Positions 17,449-25,718 of a DNA stretch of 64,000 nt are shown here, piece by piece. The position numbers and the translations under genes are program-made. Numbering within the stretch: the first letter of the stretch is position 1; every line of letters starts with the position of its first letter. Source of the stretch: Candidatus Eiseniibacteriota bacterium. GTDB taxonomy: Bacteria; Eisenbacteria; RBG-16-71-46; CAIMUX01; VGJL01. The stretch spans positions 1,088,001 to 1,152,000 of the forward strand of contig CAWBWI010000001.1 of NCBI GenBank assembly GCA_963792585.1. Reading direction: 5' to 3'. Below the pieces are notes generated by a model, which worked only from the letters and a program-made list of their open reading frames with translations, did no database searches and had not been told where the DNA came from.

Positions 17449-19784
17449 CGGGCAAGCACCAACCCCACCCCCCCCAGGGCGAGAAGAAGGAATCCGCCGA
17501 TCCGATTCAGCATACGGCCGGTCTTGTAGCCCTTGGAGGCGAAGCGCATCTCGATCGTGTGCGCCCCGGCCGGCACGACGAGGCCCCGCAGGCAGTGGTT
17601 CGCCTGGAGAATGGGCGTCGCGCTCCCGTCGATCGTCGCGCTCCAACCCGCCGGATAGAAGATCTCGCTCACGATCAGCAGTCCCGGCCCCTCGCCGTCG
17701 GAAACGCGGAGTTTGAGAAGGTGCGGCGTTTCGGACTCGATCCGGACATCGCGCAGCGGCAGACCCGAGGAAGGCAGCTGCGGCGCGTGACCGCGCGCGA
17801 AGAAGGCGGTCGCGGCGGGATCGAAGTCCCGCCCGCCGAGGGCCTGGATGACCGCCGCCTCGTTCGCGGTCTCGCGCCACGAGGGAACGAACCAGGCGCG
17901 CGGCATCGCGTCCCGGTATTCGTAGACCCCCTCCGCCACGGGGGTGAAGGCCGGCATCCCCGGATTCTGGTCTGAAACCAGATAGCGGACGTTCAGCATC
18001 GCGAGCACCGGCGGGTTCATCATCAGCTGCTGGTCCAGCAGGTCCTGATAGACGCGCAGCTTCGCGGGCTGATAGCCGCCGACGGTCGCGACCTTGAACG
18101 CCACGAACTTGTTCGAGGAGAAGTCCTCGAGGGGCAGCACTCGGAACGGGCCCGATTGCCGGCGGAGGAAATCGATCTGCGGCGTCGCACGCTGGACCGA
18201 CTCGACCTCGGACTTCGGCACGAAGTCGACGAACTTCGCCCCAACGATCCAGATGTCTGCGACGAGGATCAGGCCGAGTAGGGCAGCGCCGGCGGGCTGC
18301 CGGAGGCGGCGCGAGAAGGGAACGGCGGTGAGGAACGCACCCAGGAGGAACAGGCCCAGGGCAACGGAGCCGCTGCGGAGCGACCAGCGGGCGGCGCGCA
18401 GGGCGTCCATCTGATCCGACGAGATGCGTCCTGCTTCCTGGGGACGGATGAAGCCGGAGTCGGGGGCTCCGCCGGCCCTCGAGATCGCGAAGACCGCGGC
18501 GGCGATCACGATGGCGGTGGCGCCCGCGATGAACCAGGTCCGGCCGGAGTCGGCGCGTCCCTTGCGGGGGACCCCGATCGGCTCGCCGAGCGCGTCCAGT
18601 CCGCCGGCCACGAGGAACCCGATCGTGAGCGGCAGAAGCGAATAGATCATGGACGGAACGCGGAACTTGTTGAAGTAGGGCATCAGCTTGTAGAGGGGGC
18701 CGTAGAGAATCGGCAGGTGGTCCCCGAACCCGATCAGGAGCAGGACGAAGGAGATCGCAACCCAGATCCACCCGAAGGTCGAGCGCCGGCGGAGGGATCC
18801 GAGGAGGGCGACCGTGAGAGCGATGATGCCGAAGTAGTGGGTGCTCTGCGTGAAGGGGACGAAGCCGAAATAGGTCGAACCCCGGAAGCCGAAGAAGCCG
18901 GGGAAGATCAGGCTCATCAGTTCTCTCGGACTGAACGACCACGCGGTCGCGTACTGCCAGCTCGCCCCGCCCCCCTCCGCCGCGCCGCGGATGGAGTAGG
19001 GGGCATACTCGCGCACCGCGAGCGTCGGCTCGGCGATCAAGAAGAAGGCGATGACCGCGGCGCCGGCGAACCATGCGGCCGTCACGGCGAGCCGCCTGGC
19101 CGGCCAACCGGCCCGGTCGGTGAGGATTCTGCCGAAGACGTAGAGGGCGCCGATCAACCCCGCGTAGAAGAGGATCTGGGGGTGGTTCGACCAGCCGAGC
19201 ATGGCCAGGGCCAGCGCGAAGGCTGCGGCGGTGAGCGGGCGCGCCCGATCGAGGAGCAGATCGAGGGTCCAGAGGACGAGCGGGACATGCATCAATGCCC
19301 GGATCTTGGTCGCGTGGCCCGCTTCGACGCATCCCGGCAGATAGGGCGTGAGGACGAAACAGAGCGCCGCGGCCGCGCATGCGGGCGGACTGAAGCCGTG
19401 ACGGCGGAAGAAGGCGAAGGCGGAGAAGCCTCCGAGCAACAGGAATAGAAAGTAGCGAATCCCGCGCGCATCGGCGAATGGTCGCAGGAACCAGTCGAGC
19501 GGCGAGAGCGGGCTCGAGGGCGTGTAGACGTAGCTGCCGTACGAGGGCATTCCCGAGAAGAGGTACGGAATCCACAGAGGGGTCGTCCCCATCTCGCGCG
19601 CCGCCTCGCGCGCCCACGCGCCGAGGGGACGGACGGCCATCGTGTCGGGTGCCGCCGGTTCCTTCCCTCCCAGGATCATCGCCCCATAGAAGATCAGGGG
19701 GAGCAGAACCAACGCCGCGAGCGCGTACCAGAGCCCCCGTCTGCCACCCAGCCCCTGCGCCATAGGATCGCTCTTCGCCGCCAT
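17424..19784 (-). CDS. YfhO-like multi-pass membrane protein (GT-C type glycosyltransferase)
   Basis: PLWIPYLFSGMP, NKFRVP, GGYQPAKL and SEIFYPAGWSATIDG motifs; many TM segments. Confidence 0.8.
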   Translation of the reverse strand: MAAKSDPMAQGLGGRRGLWYALAALVLLPLIFYGAMILGGKEPAAPDTMAVRPLGAWAREAAREMGTTPLWIPYLFSGMPSYGSYVYTPSSPLSPLDWFLRPFADARGIRYFLFLLLGGFSAFAFFRRHGFSPPACAAAALCFVLTPYLPGCVEAGHATKIRALMHVPLVLWTLDLLLDRARPLTAAAFALALAMLGWSNHPQILFYAGLIGALYVFGRILTDRAGWPARRLAVTAAWFAGAAVIAFFLIAEPTLAVREYAPYSIRGAAEGGGASWQYATAWSFSPRELMSLIFPGFFGFRGSTYFGFVPFTQSTHYFGIIALTVALLGSLRRRSTFGWIWVAISFVLLLIGFGDHLPILYGPLYKLMPYFNKFRVPSMIYSLLPLTIGFLVAGGLDALGEPIGVPRKGRADSGRTWFIAGATAIVIAAAVFAISRAGGAPDSGFIRPQEAGRISSDQMDALRAARWSLRSGSVALGLFLLGAFLTAVPFSRRLRQPAGAALLGLILVADIWIVGAKFVDFVPKSEVESVQRATPQIDFLRRQSGPFRVLPLEDFSSNKFVAFKVATVGGYQPAKLRVYQDLLDQQLMMNPPVLAMLNVRYLVSDQNPGMPAFTPVAEGVYEYRDAMPRAWFVPSWRETANEAAVIQALGGRDFDPAATAFFARGHAPQLPSSGLPLRDVRIESETPHLLKLRVSDGEGPGLLIVSEIFYPAGWSATIDGSATPILQANHCLRGLVVPAGAHTIEMRFASKGYKTGRMLNRIGGFLLLALGGVGLVLARQERARVR

Positions 19785-19879
19785 CGACACCCTCCCTGCG
19801 TTGACCGTCCGTCCGTCCGCGGATAGAATCCGCGCGAGTTCACATGCGGCCCTATCGGCCGCGGGCAGGAGATCCCCTC

Positions 19880-20680
19880 ATGCACTCGAGCCCCGGCGAC
19901 ACGGTCGCGCTATTCGATGAAGCGGCCTCGTGGGAATCCTACGAGGCGAACCCCTATATCGAACAGAGAAGCCGCATCGTCCGGTCGATGATCCCCGACG
20001 GCGTGCACACGATCACCGACGTCGGCTGCGGAAACGGGATCCTCCTGCGATCGCTCTCCGAAGCCCACCCGGTCGTCGGGATCGATCCAAGCCTTACAGC
20101 GCTGCGGACCTTCCAACTCCCCCGCGCCTGCGGCCGAGGTGAGGCGCTCCCATTGCGTACAGCTTCGGTCGATCTTGTGACCTGCCTCGAGGTGCTCGAA
20201 CACCTCCCTGACGCCGACCTTCGAGCATGTGCGGACGAAATCGCCCGCGTCACCCGCCGATGGCTCCTCGTTGCCACGCCCGACCAGGAGAACCCCCGCC
20301 GAAACGCCCTTTGCTGTCCGCAGTGCGGAACGATCTTCAATCGAAGCCACCACCTGCAGAGCTTCGACGCGCGCCGCCTCTCCTCGCTCTTCCCCGACTT
20401 CCAGATTCGCGAGGAGCGCCGGGAAGGCCAGCCCGTACGCGACTATTCTCGCCCGCTCCTCTGGGTGCGCCACCGGATCGCCCGGAAATTCTACAAGGGC
20501 CCGGGCGAGACCCATGGGCTTTGTCCCGCATGCGGCAACCAGGAGTTTCCGGTGTTTCGGCCGAGCATCCTCTCCGTCCTTCTCGACGGCGCGAATCGGC
20601 TCCTCAACCGCCGCAGACCCTACTGGGTCCTGCTGCTCCTCGAGAAGCGGTCCGGCGGCAGCATAGGCGGCGGTCTGTGA
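19880..20680 (+). CDS. Class I SAM-dependent methyltransferase with two CxxC motifs
   Basis: DVGCGNG and DLVTCLEVLEHL motifs; CPQCG and CPACG. Confidence 0.82.
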   Translation: MHSSPGDTVALFDEAASWESYEANPYIEQRSRIVRSMIPDGVHTITDVGCGNGILLRSLSEAHPVVGIDPSLTALRTFQLPRACGRGEALPLRTASVDLVTCLEVLEHLPDADLRACADEIARVTRRWLLVATPDQENPRRNALCCPQCGTIFNRSHHLQSFDARRLSSLFPDFQIREERREGQPVRDYSRPLLWVRHRIARKFYKGPGETHGLCPACGNQEFPVFRPSILSVLLDGANRLLNRRRPYWVLLLLEKRSGGSIGGGL

Positions 20681-22050
20681 CCGGTCAAACGATGGCTGGC
20701 GGGCACCCTGGACCGGCGGAGCGGACCGTACTGCTCGTCACCTACTACTTCCCCCCCGCCGGCGGTCCCGGAGTGCAACGGATGCTCAAGTTCGCGAAGT
20801 ACCTCCCCGAATTCGGGTGGAGGCCGGCGGTCCTCACGGTCCGCGAGGACGCGGAGTACCCGGTGCGGGATCCATCCCTCTTTGCCGACGTGGCGGAGGG
20901 AATGCCGATCGAGAGGACGCGGGTCACCGAGTTCTATCGCATCTATCGCGGCGCCGCCCGGACCTCGACGCCGCTGGACGGTACTCCGCAGGGCTCTCGC
21001 GACGGGGTCGCCACGCGACTTCTTCGAGCAATCCGGGCCGGGGTCTTCATCCCGGACGGCCGCGTGGGCTGGATCCCCCACGCGCTCGGGCCCGGCCGAC
21101 GCTTCGCGCGGGCCACGGGGGCCCGGGTAATCCTCAGTTCGGGCCCCCCGTTCAGCGCGAATCTGATCGGAGGACTGCTCCACCGGCGGACCGGACTGCC
21201 GTGGGTACAGGATTTCCGCGACCCGTGGACCCGCGCTCCGTTCTATCCGCACCGCCCCGCTCCAGCGCGCAGGCTCGACGAGAAGCTGGAACGATGGACT
21301 CTGCGTCACGCCGCCCGGACCCTCGCGGTCAACCGGAGCATGATCGAGGATTTCCTCGCCCGCTATCCGGAGGTTCCCCGTGAGCGGATGGTCACGCTGC
21401 CGAACGGCTTCGACGAGGCGGACTTCGCGGGAGTCGAGCGGACCGTCCCGCGAAAGCTGACGTTCGTCCACACCGGAACCATGTACCTCGCGCGCGATCC
21501 GCGGGGACTGAGGGAAGCGCTCTCCGACCTCTGCAGAGAAGAGGAGGACTTTGCGGACGGAGTGGACCTGGTGCTCGCGGGGCGCGTCGACCCGGAGTTG
21601 GTGGACCTGTTCCGCATTTCCCCGCTGGATCGGATCGTCCGCTTCGTGGGGTACGTCGGACACGGCGAGAGTCTGCGTTTGCTCCGCAGCGCCGACTATT
21701 GCCTCCTCTTCATCGGCGAGGAGCCCGAGGTTCGCGGCATGTTGACCGGCAAGATCTTCGAATACCTCGGGTCCGGGACCCCGATCCTGGCCGTCGCCCC
21801 GAGCGATGGAGAGGCGGCGGCCGTGATCCGCGAGTGCTCCGCGGGCGCGGTGATCGCGCCGATGGATTTTGCGGGCGTGAAGGAATGGCTGCGGGGCGCA
21901 TGGAGACGGTACCGCGCCGGCGAGCGGACGGGACCCTCCCCGGACGCCGCCAAGGTCGCGGAGTACGGCCGCCGACGTCTCACCGGGCGGCTGGCCGGTC
22001 TCCTCGATGAGGTCACCGCAGGCATACCGTCGAATCCCCGCTCCTGCTAA
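20677..22050 (+). CDS. Glycosyltransferase family 4
   Basis: TYYFPPAGGPGVQR, IPDGRVGW, DFRDPW, PNGFD and GKIFEYL motifs; start at GTG 20677 or ATG 20692. Confidence 0.88.
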   Translation: MTGQTMAGGHPGPAERTVLLVTYYFPPAGGPGVQRMLKFAKYLPEFGWRPAVLTVREDAEYPVRDPSLFADVAEGMPIERTRVTEFYRIYRGAARTSTPLDGTPQGSRDGVATRLLRAIRAGVFIPDGRVGWIPHALGPGRRFARATGARVILSSGPPFSANLIGGLLHRRTGLPWVQDFRDPWTRAPFYPHRPAPARRLDEKLERWTLRHAARTLAVNRSMIEDFLARYPEVPRERMVTLPNGFDEADFAGVERTVPRKLTFVHTGTMYLARDPRGLREALSDLCREEEDFADGVDLVLAGRVDPELVDLFRISPLDRIVRFVGYVGHGESLRLLRSADYCLLFIGEEPEVRGMLTGKIFEYLGSGTPILAVAPSDGEAAAVIRECSAGAVIAPMDFAGVKEWLRGAWRRYRAGERTGPSPDAAKVAEYGRRRLTGRLAGLLDEVTAGIPSNPRSC

Positions 22051-22079
22051 GATCGCGCAGGAGGGGAAGGAAGGGAGGG

Positions 22080-23168
22080 GTGGCTTCCATGGAACTTGCC
22101 GGAATTGCACTCATCGGCTGCGGGAAGATCGCGCGCAAGCATGCCAAGGTCATGCCGGGACTCCCGGCGACGCAGTTGGTCTACGCGTGCGACAGCTCCC
22201 TCTCGAGGGCCCAAGAGATCGCGGCGCTGGCCCCCGGGTGCGTCGCCACGACCGACCTCGAGGAGGTCCTCGCCAACCCGGCGGTCACGATCGTCTCGGT
22301 CTGCACGCCAAGCGGTACGCACGCCGCCCTCGGCTTGCGCGCGGCGCGGGCGGGCAAGCACGTGATCATCGAGAAGCCCCTCGCGTTGCGGATCGATGAG
22401 GCCGACCGGCTGATCGAGACGTGCGATCGCCGGGGCGTCAAGCTCTTCGTCGTCCAGCAGAACCGCTACAACAAGCCGGTGCAGGCGTTGCGGCGGGCGC
22501 TCGAGGCCGACCGCCTCGGCCACGTCTTCCTCGGCTCGGTCCGAGTCCTCTGGAACCGGTCGCAGGACTACTACAATGAGGAGCTCTGGCGCGGCACCTG
22601 GTCCCAGGACGGAGGGGTTCTCACCAACCAGGCCAGCCATCATATCGACCTGCTGATCTGGATGCTGGGCGAGGTCGAGTCGGTCTTCGCGCGCGGACGG
22701 ACCGTGATGCACCAGATCGAGACCGAGGACCTTGGAGTCGTCCTGATCAAGTTCCGCAACGGCGCATTCGGGGTCGTCGAGGCGACGACCTGCGCGCAGC
22801 CGAAGGACCTGGAAGGCTCGCTGAATCTCTACGGCGAGAGCGGGACAGTCGAGATCGGCGGCTTCGCGGCCAGCGAGTTGAAGCGCTGGACATTCCGCGA
22901 ACCGGCGCCCGAGGATGCGACGATCTTCGAGGAATGGGGCAAGAATCCTGAGGAATTCGGTTACAACCACAAGGCATTCTATCTCGATGCCCTCGACGCG
23001 CTGCGGTCGAGCCGCCGAGCCCTGATCGACGGCTTCGAGGGGCGCAAGAGCCTCGAGGTGATCAATGCGATCTACGAATCGATAGAGACGGGCCAGGAGG
23101 TATTCCTGCGCTTCGAGCCGAAACGCTGCAAGCTCGGCGCGCCGGATGGGCGCCGGCATCAAGGATAG
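22080..23168 (+). CDS. Gfo/Idh/MocA oxidoreductase (WbpB/WlbA-like sugar-nucleotide 3-dehydrogenase)
   Basis: IGCGKIA, CTPSGTH, EKP, QNRYN, WRGTW.DGGVLTNQASHHID motifs. Confidence 0.87.
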   Translation: MASMELAGIALIGCGKIARKHAKVMPGLPATQLVYACDSSLSRAQEIAALAPGCVATTDLEEVLANPAVTIVSVCTPSGTHAALGLRAARAGKHVIIEKPLALRIDEADRLIETCDRRGVKLFVVQQNRYNKPVQALRRALEADRLGHVFLGSVRVLWNRSQDYYNEELWRGTWSQDGGVLTNQASHHIDLLIWMLGEVESVFARGRTVMHQIETEDLGVVLIKFRNGAFGVVEATTCAQPKDLEGSLNLYGESGTVEIGGFAASELKRWTFREPAPEDATIFEEWGKNPEEFGYNHKAFYLDALDALRSSRRALIDGFEGRKSLEVINAIYESIETGQEVFLRFEPKRCKLGAPDGRRHQG

Positions 23169-23200
23169 GGTTGGGGACGGGCGGGGGTAAGGAGAACGGC

Positions 23201-24322
23201 ATGGCCACGCAGACGAAGATCCCTCTGGTAGACCTGAAAGCGCAATACGCATCGATCAAGTCGGAGATCGACGAGGCGGTCCACCGCGTCATCGAGACGA
23301 CCGGGTTCATCGGTGGTCCGGAAGTTCGTGGCTTCGAGGAGGAGTTCGCACGCTTCTGCGGCGCGGGATTCGCGGTTGGCGTCTCATCGGGCACGAGCGC
23401 GCTCCACATGGCCCTGATCGGCGCGGGCGTGGGACCGGGCGACGAAGTCGTGACCGTCGCGCACACGTTCATCGCAACCGCCGAGATGATCATCCGCTGC
23501 GGCGCCCGGGTCGGCTTCTGCGACATCGACCCATCGACGGGCAACATGTCCCCCGTCGATCTCGAACGGAAGGTGACCAAGAAGACGAAGGCGATCCTGC
23601 CGGTCCACCTTTACGGATGCCCCGCCGAGATGGACTCGATCCTGGAGGTCGGCCGTGCGCACGGGATTCCCGTGATCGAGGACGCCGCGCAGGCGCACGG
23701 TTCGAAGTACAAGGGACGGACGGCCGGCAGCATCGCCCCGCTCGGCTGTTTCAGCTTCTATCCCGGCAAGAATCTAGGCGCCTACGGTGACGGCGGCGCA
23801 GTGACGTGCGCCTCCAAAGAGATCGCGGAGAAGTTGACGAGTCTCATCAATCACGGCCGGCGCGACAAGTACGTCCACGACGAGGAGGGATACAACTACC
23901 GTCTCGACGCCCTGCAGGCGGCGATCCTGCGCGTGAAGCTGCGCCACCTTGCCGACTGGAACGCGGCGCGGCGGCGGGCGGCGGCGTGGTACGACAGCCG
24001 TCTGGGCACCGTGGACGGGATCGAGATCTATCGTTACCCCGCCGACATCGCGCCGGTCTATCACCTCTACGTGATCCGCCTGGAGAAGGACCGGGACGGC
24101 GTCCTCGCGCGACTGCGCGAAAGGGGTGTCGATGCGGGGGTCCATTACCCCGTGCCGCTTCACCTGCAACCGGCCTATCGGCACCTTGGGATCGCACCCG
24201 GCACTCTCCCCGAGACGGAGAAGTCGGCCGCGCGTTGCCTCTCGCTTCCCCTCTACCCGGAGCTCACCGAGGAGCAGGTAGAGACTGTCGTGGGGCAGCT
24301 CAAGGAGGCGTTGAAGAGCTGA
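23201..24322 (+). CDS. DegT/DnrJ/EryC1/StrS aminotransferase (WbpE/WlbC-like)
   Basis: IPLVDLKAQY, PVHLYG, EDAAQAHG, FSFYPGKNLGAYGDGG and NYRLDALQAA motifs. Confidence 0.92.
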   Translation: MATQTKIPLVDLKAQYASIKSEIDEAVHRVIETTGFIGGPEVRGFEEEFARFCGAGFAVGVSSGTSALHMALIGAGVGPGDEVVTVAHTFIATAEMIIRCGARVGFCDIDPSTGNMSPVDLERKVTKKTKAILPVHLYGCPAEMDSILEVGRAHGIPVIEDAAQAHGSKYKGRTAGSIAPLGCFSFYPGKNLGAYGDGGAVTCASKEIAEKLTSLINHGRRDKYVHDEEGYNYRLDALQAAILRVKLRHLADWNAARRRAAAWYDSRLGTVDGIEIYRYPADIAPVYHLYVIRLEKDRDGVLARLRERGVDAGVHYPVPLHLQPAYRHLGIAPGTLPETEKSAARCLSLPLYPELTEEQVETVVGQLKEALKS

Positions 24323-24642
24323 GCGGGAAACTGATCAGCGAGCCGATTCGACCGATCGCGGGAAGTTTCGACCCGGAGGCAATGAGCCGAGGGGAACCGG
24401 GGCTTCCCGCGGGGTTTGTCTGGCGGGATCGGGAGTGCCGCATCATCCGCGTCGTGCGGCGGTGGAAGCAACTGGGACCGGAGGCCGGCAGCAAGGAAGT
24501 GTACCTCCGGCGCCACTACGCGGAGACGGTCATGGACGACGGGACGACCTGGGTCATCTACTGCCTCAGGCAACCCCACGGGCCGGGAGGAACCGGAGGG
24601 CGGTGGTTCCTCTATTCGGTGGAAACCGGCCCCAATCCATAG
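24319..24642 (+). CDS. DUF6504-like small protein (start uncertain)
   Basis: ISEPIRP..GSFD...GEPGLP..FVWR...RRW...RRHY...RWFLY. AAGGAGG at 24302 is followed by a CTG at 24319 that overlaps the upstream stop. Confidence 0.6.
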   Translation: MSGKLISEPIRPIAGSFDPEAMSRGEPGLPAGFVWRDRECRIIRVVRRWKQLGPEAGSKEVYLRRHYAETVMDDGTTWVIYCLRQPHGPGGTGGRWFLYSVETGPNP

Positions 24643-24681
24643 GATTGCGGCCGGGGTGACGGCCGGCCCGCGAGCCCGACC

Positions 24682-25391
24682 TCACTTGCCCCGAAGACTC
24701 CAGAGGTGGCCGAGCGTCTTCTCGAGCGTGGCCCCCAGCGGCGCCGGGTCGTGGGTCACCTCCGGCTCGTTCGGGAAGATCGAGTACGGCACCGCCACAC
24801 CCTTGGCCGTGATGTGGGTTGGACTCTGCGCGGCGAGCTTCTCCCAGTCGTTCGTCTTGTAGTAGAACTCCATCTTCGCATCGGGAAGCGAGTGGTAGAG
24901 GATCGAGTGGGCGAGCTCGGGCTTGAAACGGCGTCGGTTTTCCGGACCGACTCCTCGTAGCTGACCTTGATGTAGACTAGCCCCGCCTTGCGCAGGATCT
25001 CCTCCGAAAGGTAGCTCATCGCCTCCCCGATCCCGTTCTCTCCCCCGCGCGCGAACTCGATGACCGCCGTGTGGCTCCTCAGCCAATCCGGATTCTCGGC
25101 GAGGCGCTTGGCGAAGGCGAGGTTGATCCGCTCGATGTACAGGTTCCAGACAAAGGGGTCGGTGAAGTAGTAGTCAGGGTCGGTCCAGAGACGCTTGCGC
25201 CCGTGCCGCTCCAGGATGTCGTCGACCTCGAAGGTCTCCCAGACGTAGGGGAAGTCGTCGAACTCCTCGAACTCGCCTATGTGGAAACGGCGCGCCCGTT
25301 CCTCTGCGGGGCACTTCTTCAGGTAGTCGATGACCTCGGATTTCCCCGCCGCAGGGCGGCCGGTCAGGATGATGACGTCAAACGTCTCCAT
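24682..25391 (-). CDS. Uncharacterised P-loop NTPase/kinase-like protein, one frameshift near 24940
   Basis: IILTGRPAAGKSE Walker A motif. Two ORFs join if the T4 run at 24938-24941 is one base short (giving RKNRRRF...). Confidence 0.7.
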
Positions 25392-25538
25392 GCATTCCCT
25401 CCCCTCGCGTTGCTATGCACAACCGCCTGGGAAGGTAGGACGGGCGCGCCCTGGCTGTCAACCGAGGCGGCCCGGTCACACGGGGCCGCAAGCGCCGTTT
25501 GTCACGGCGCCACCGCAGTACTTGCGGACAGCCCAGAT

Positions 25539-25718
25539 GGTTCGCGCTGCGCGCGCGGGTCCGATGGATCCCGGGGATCGTGCGCCGCCTACGGTTCGAA
25601 CGGCCCCTATCGATCGAACGGTCCCCAATGGATCGAACGCCCCGACGGATCGAGCAGTCCTTGCGGGTCGAACGGCCCCTGCGGATCGAGCGGCCCTTAC
25701 GGCTCAAACGGCCCCCGC
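25539..25718. repeat. Ten degenerate 18-bp tandem repeats (consensus GGATCGAACGGCCCCTRC)
   Basis: Units start at 25539, 25557, 25575, 25593, 25611, 25630, 25647, 25665, 25683 and 25701. The last unit encodes the final residues RGPFEP of the HNH protein. Confidence 0.85.

Noticed and set aside
15742..19617. 1291-aa ORF and other long Arg/Pro/Gly-rich ORFs
   Set aside because: Shadow ORFs typical of high-GC DNA that overlap well-supported genes and have no recognisable motifs.
25539..25718. CRISPR or TIGR-like guide array beside an HNH nuclease
   Set aside because: Units are contiguous with no unique spacers and simply decay with distance. No cas genes are present, and I see no Nop-like domain or box C/D motifs.
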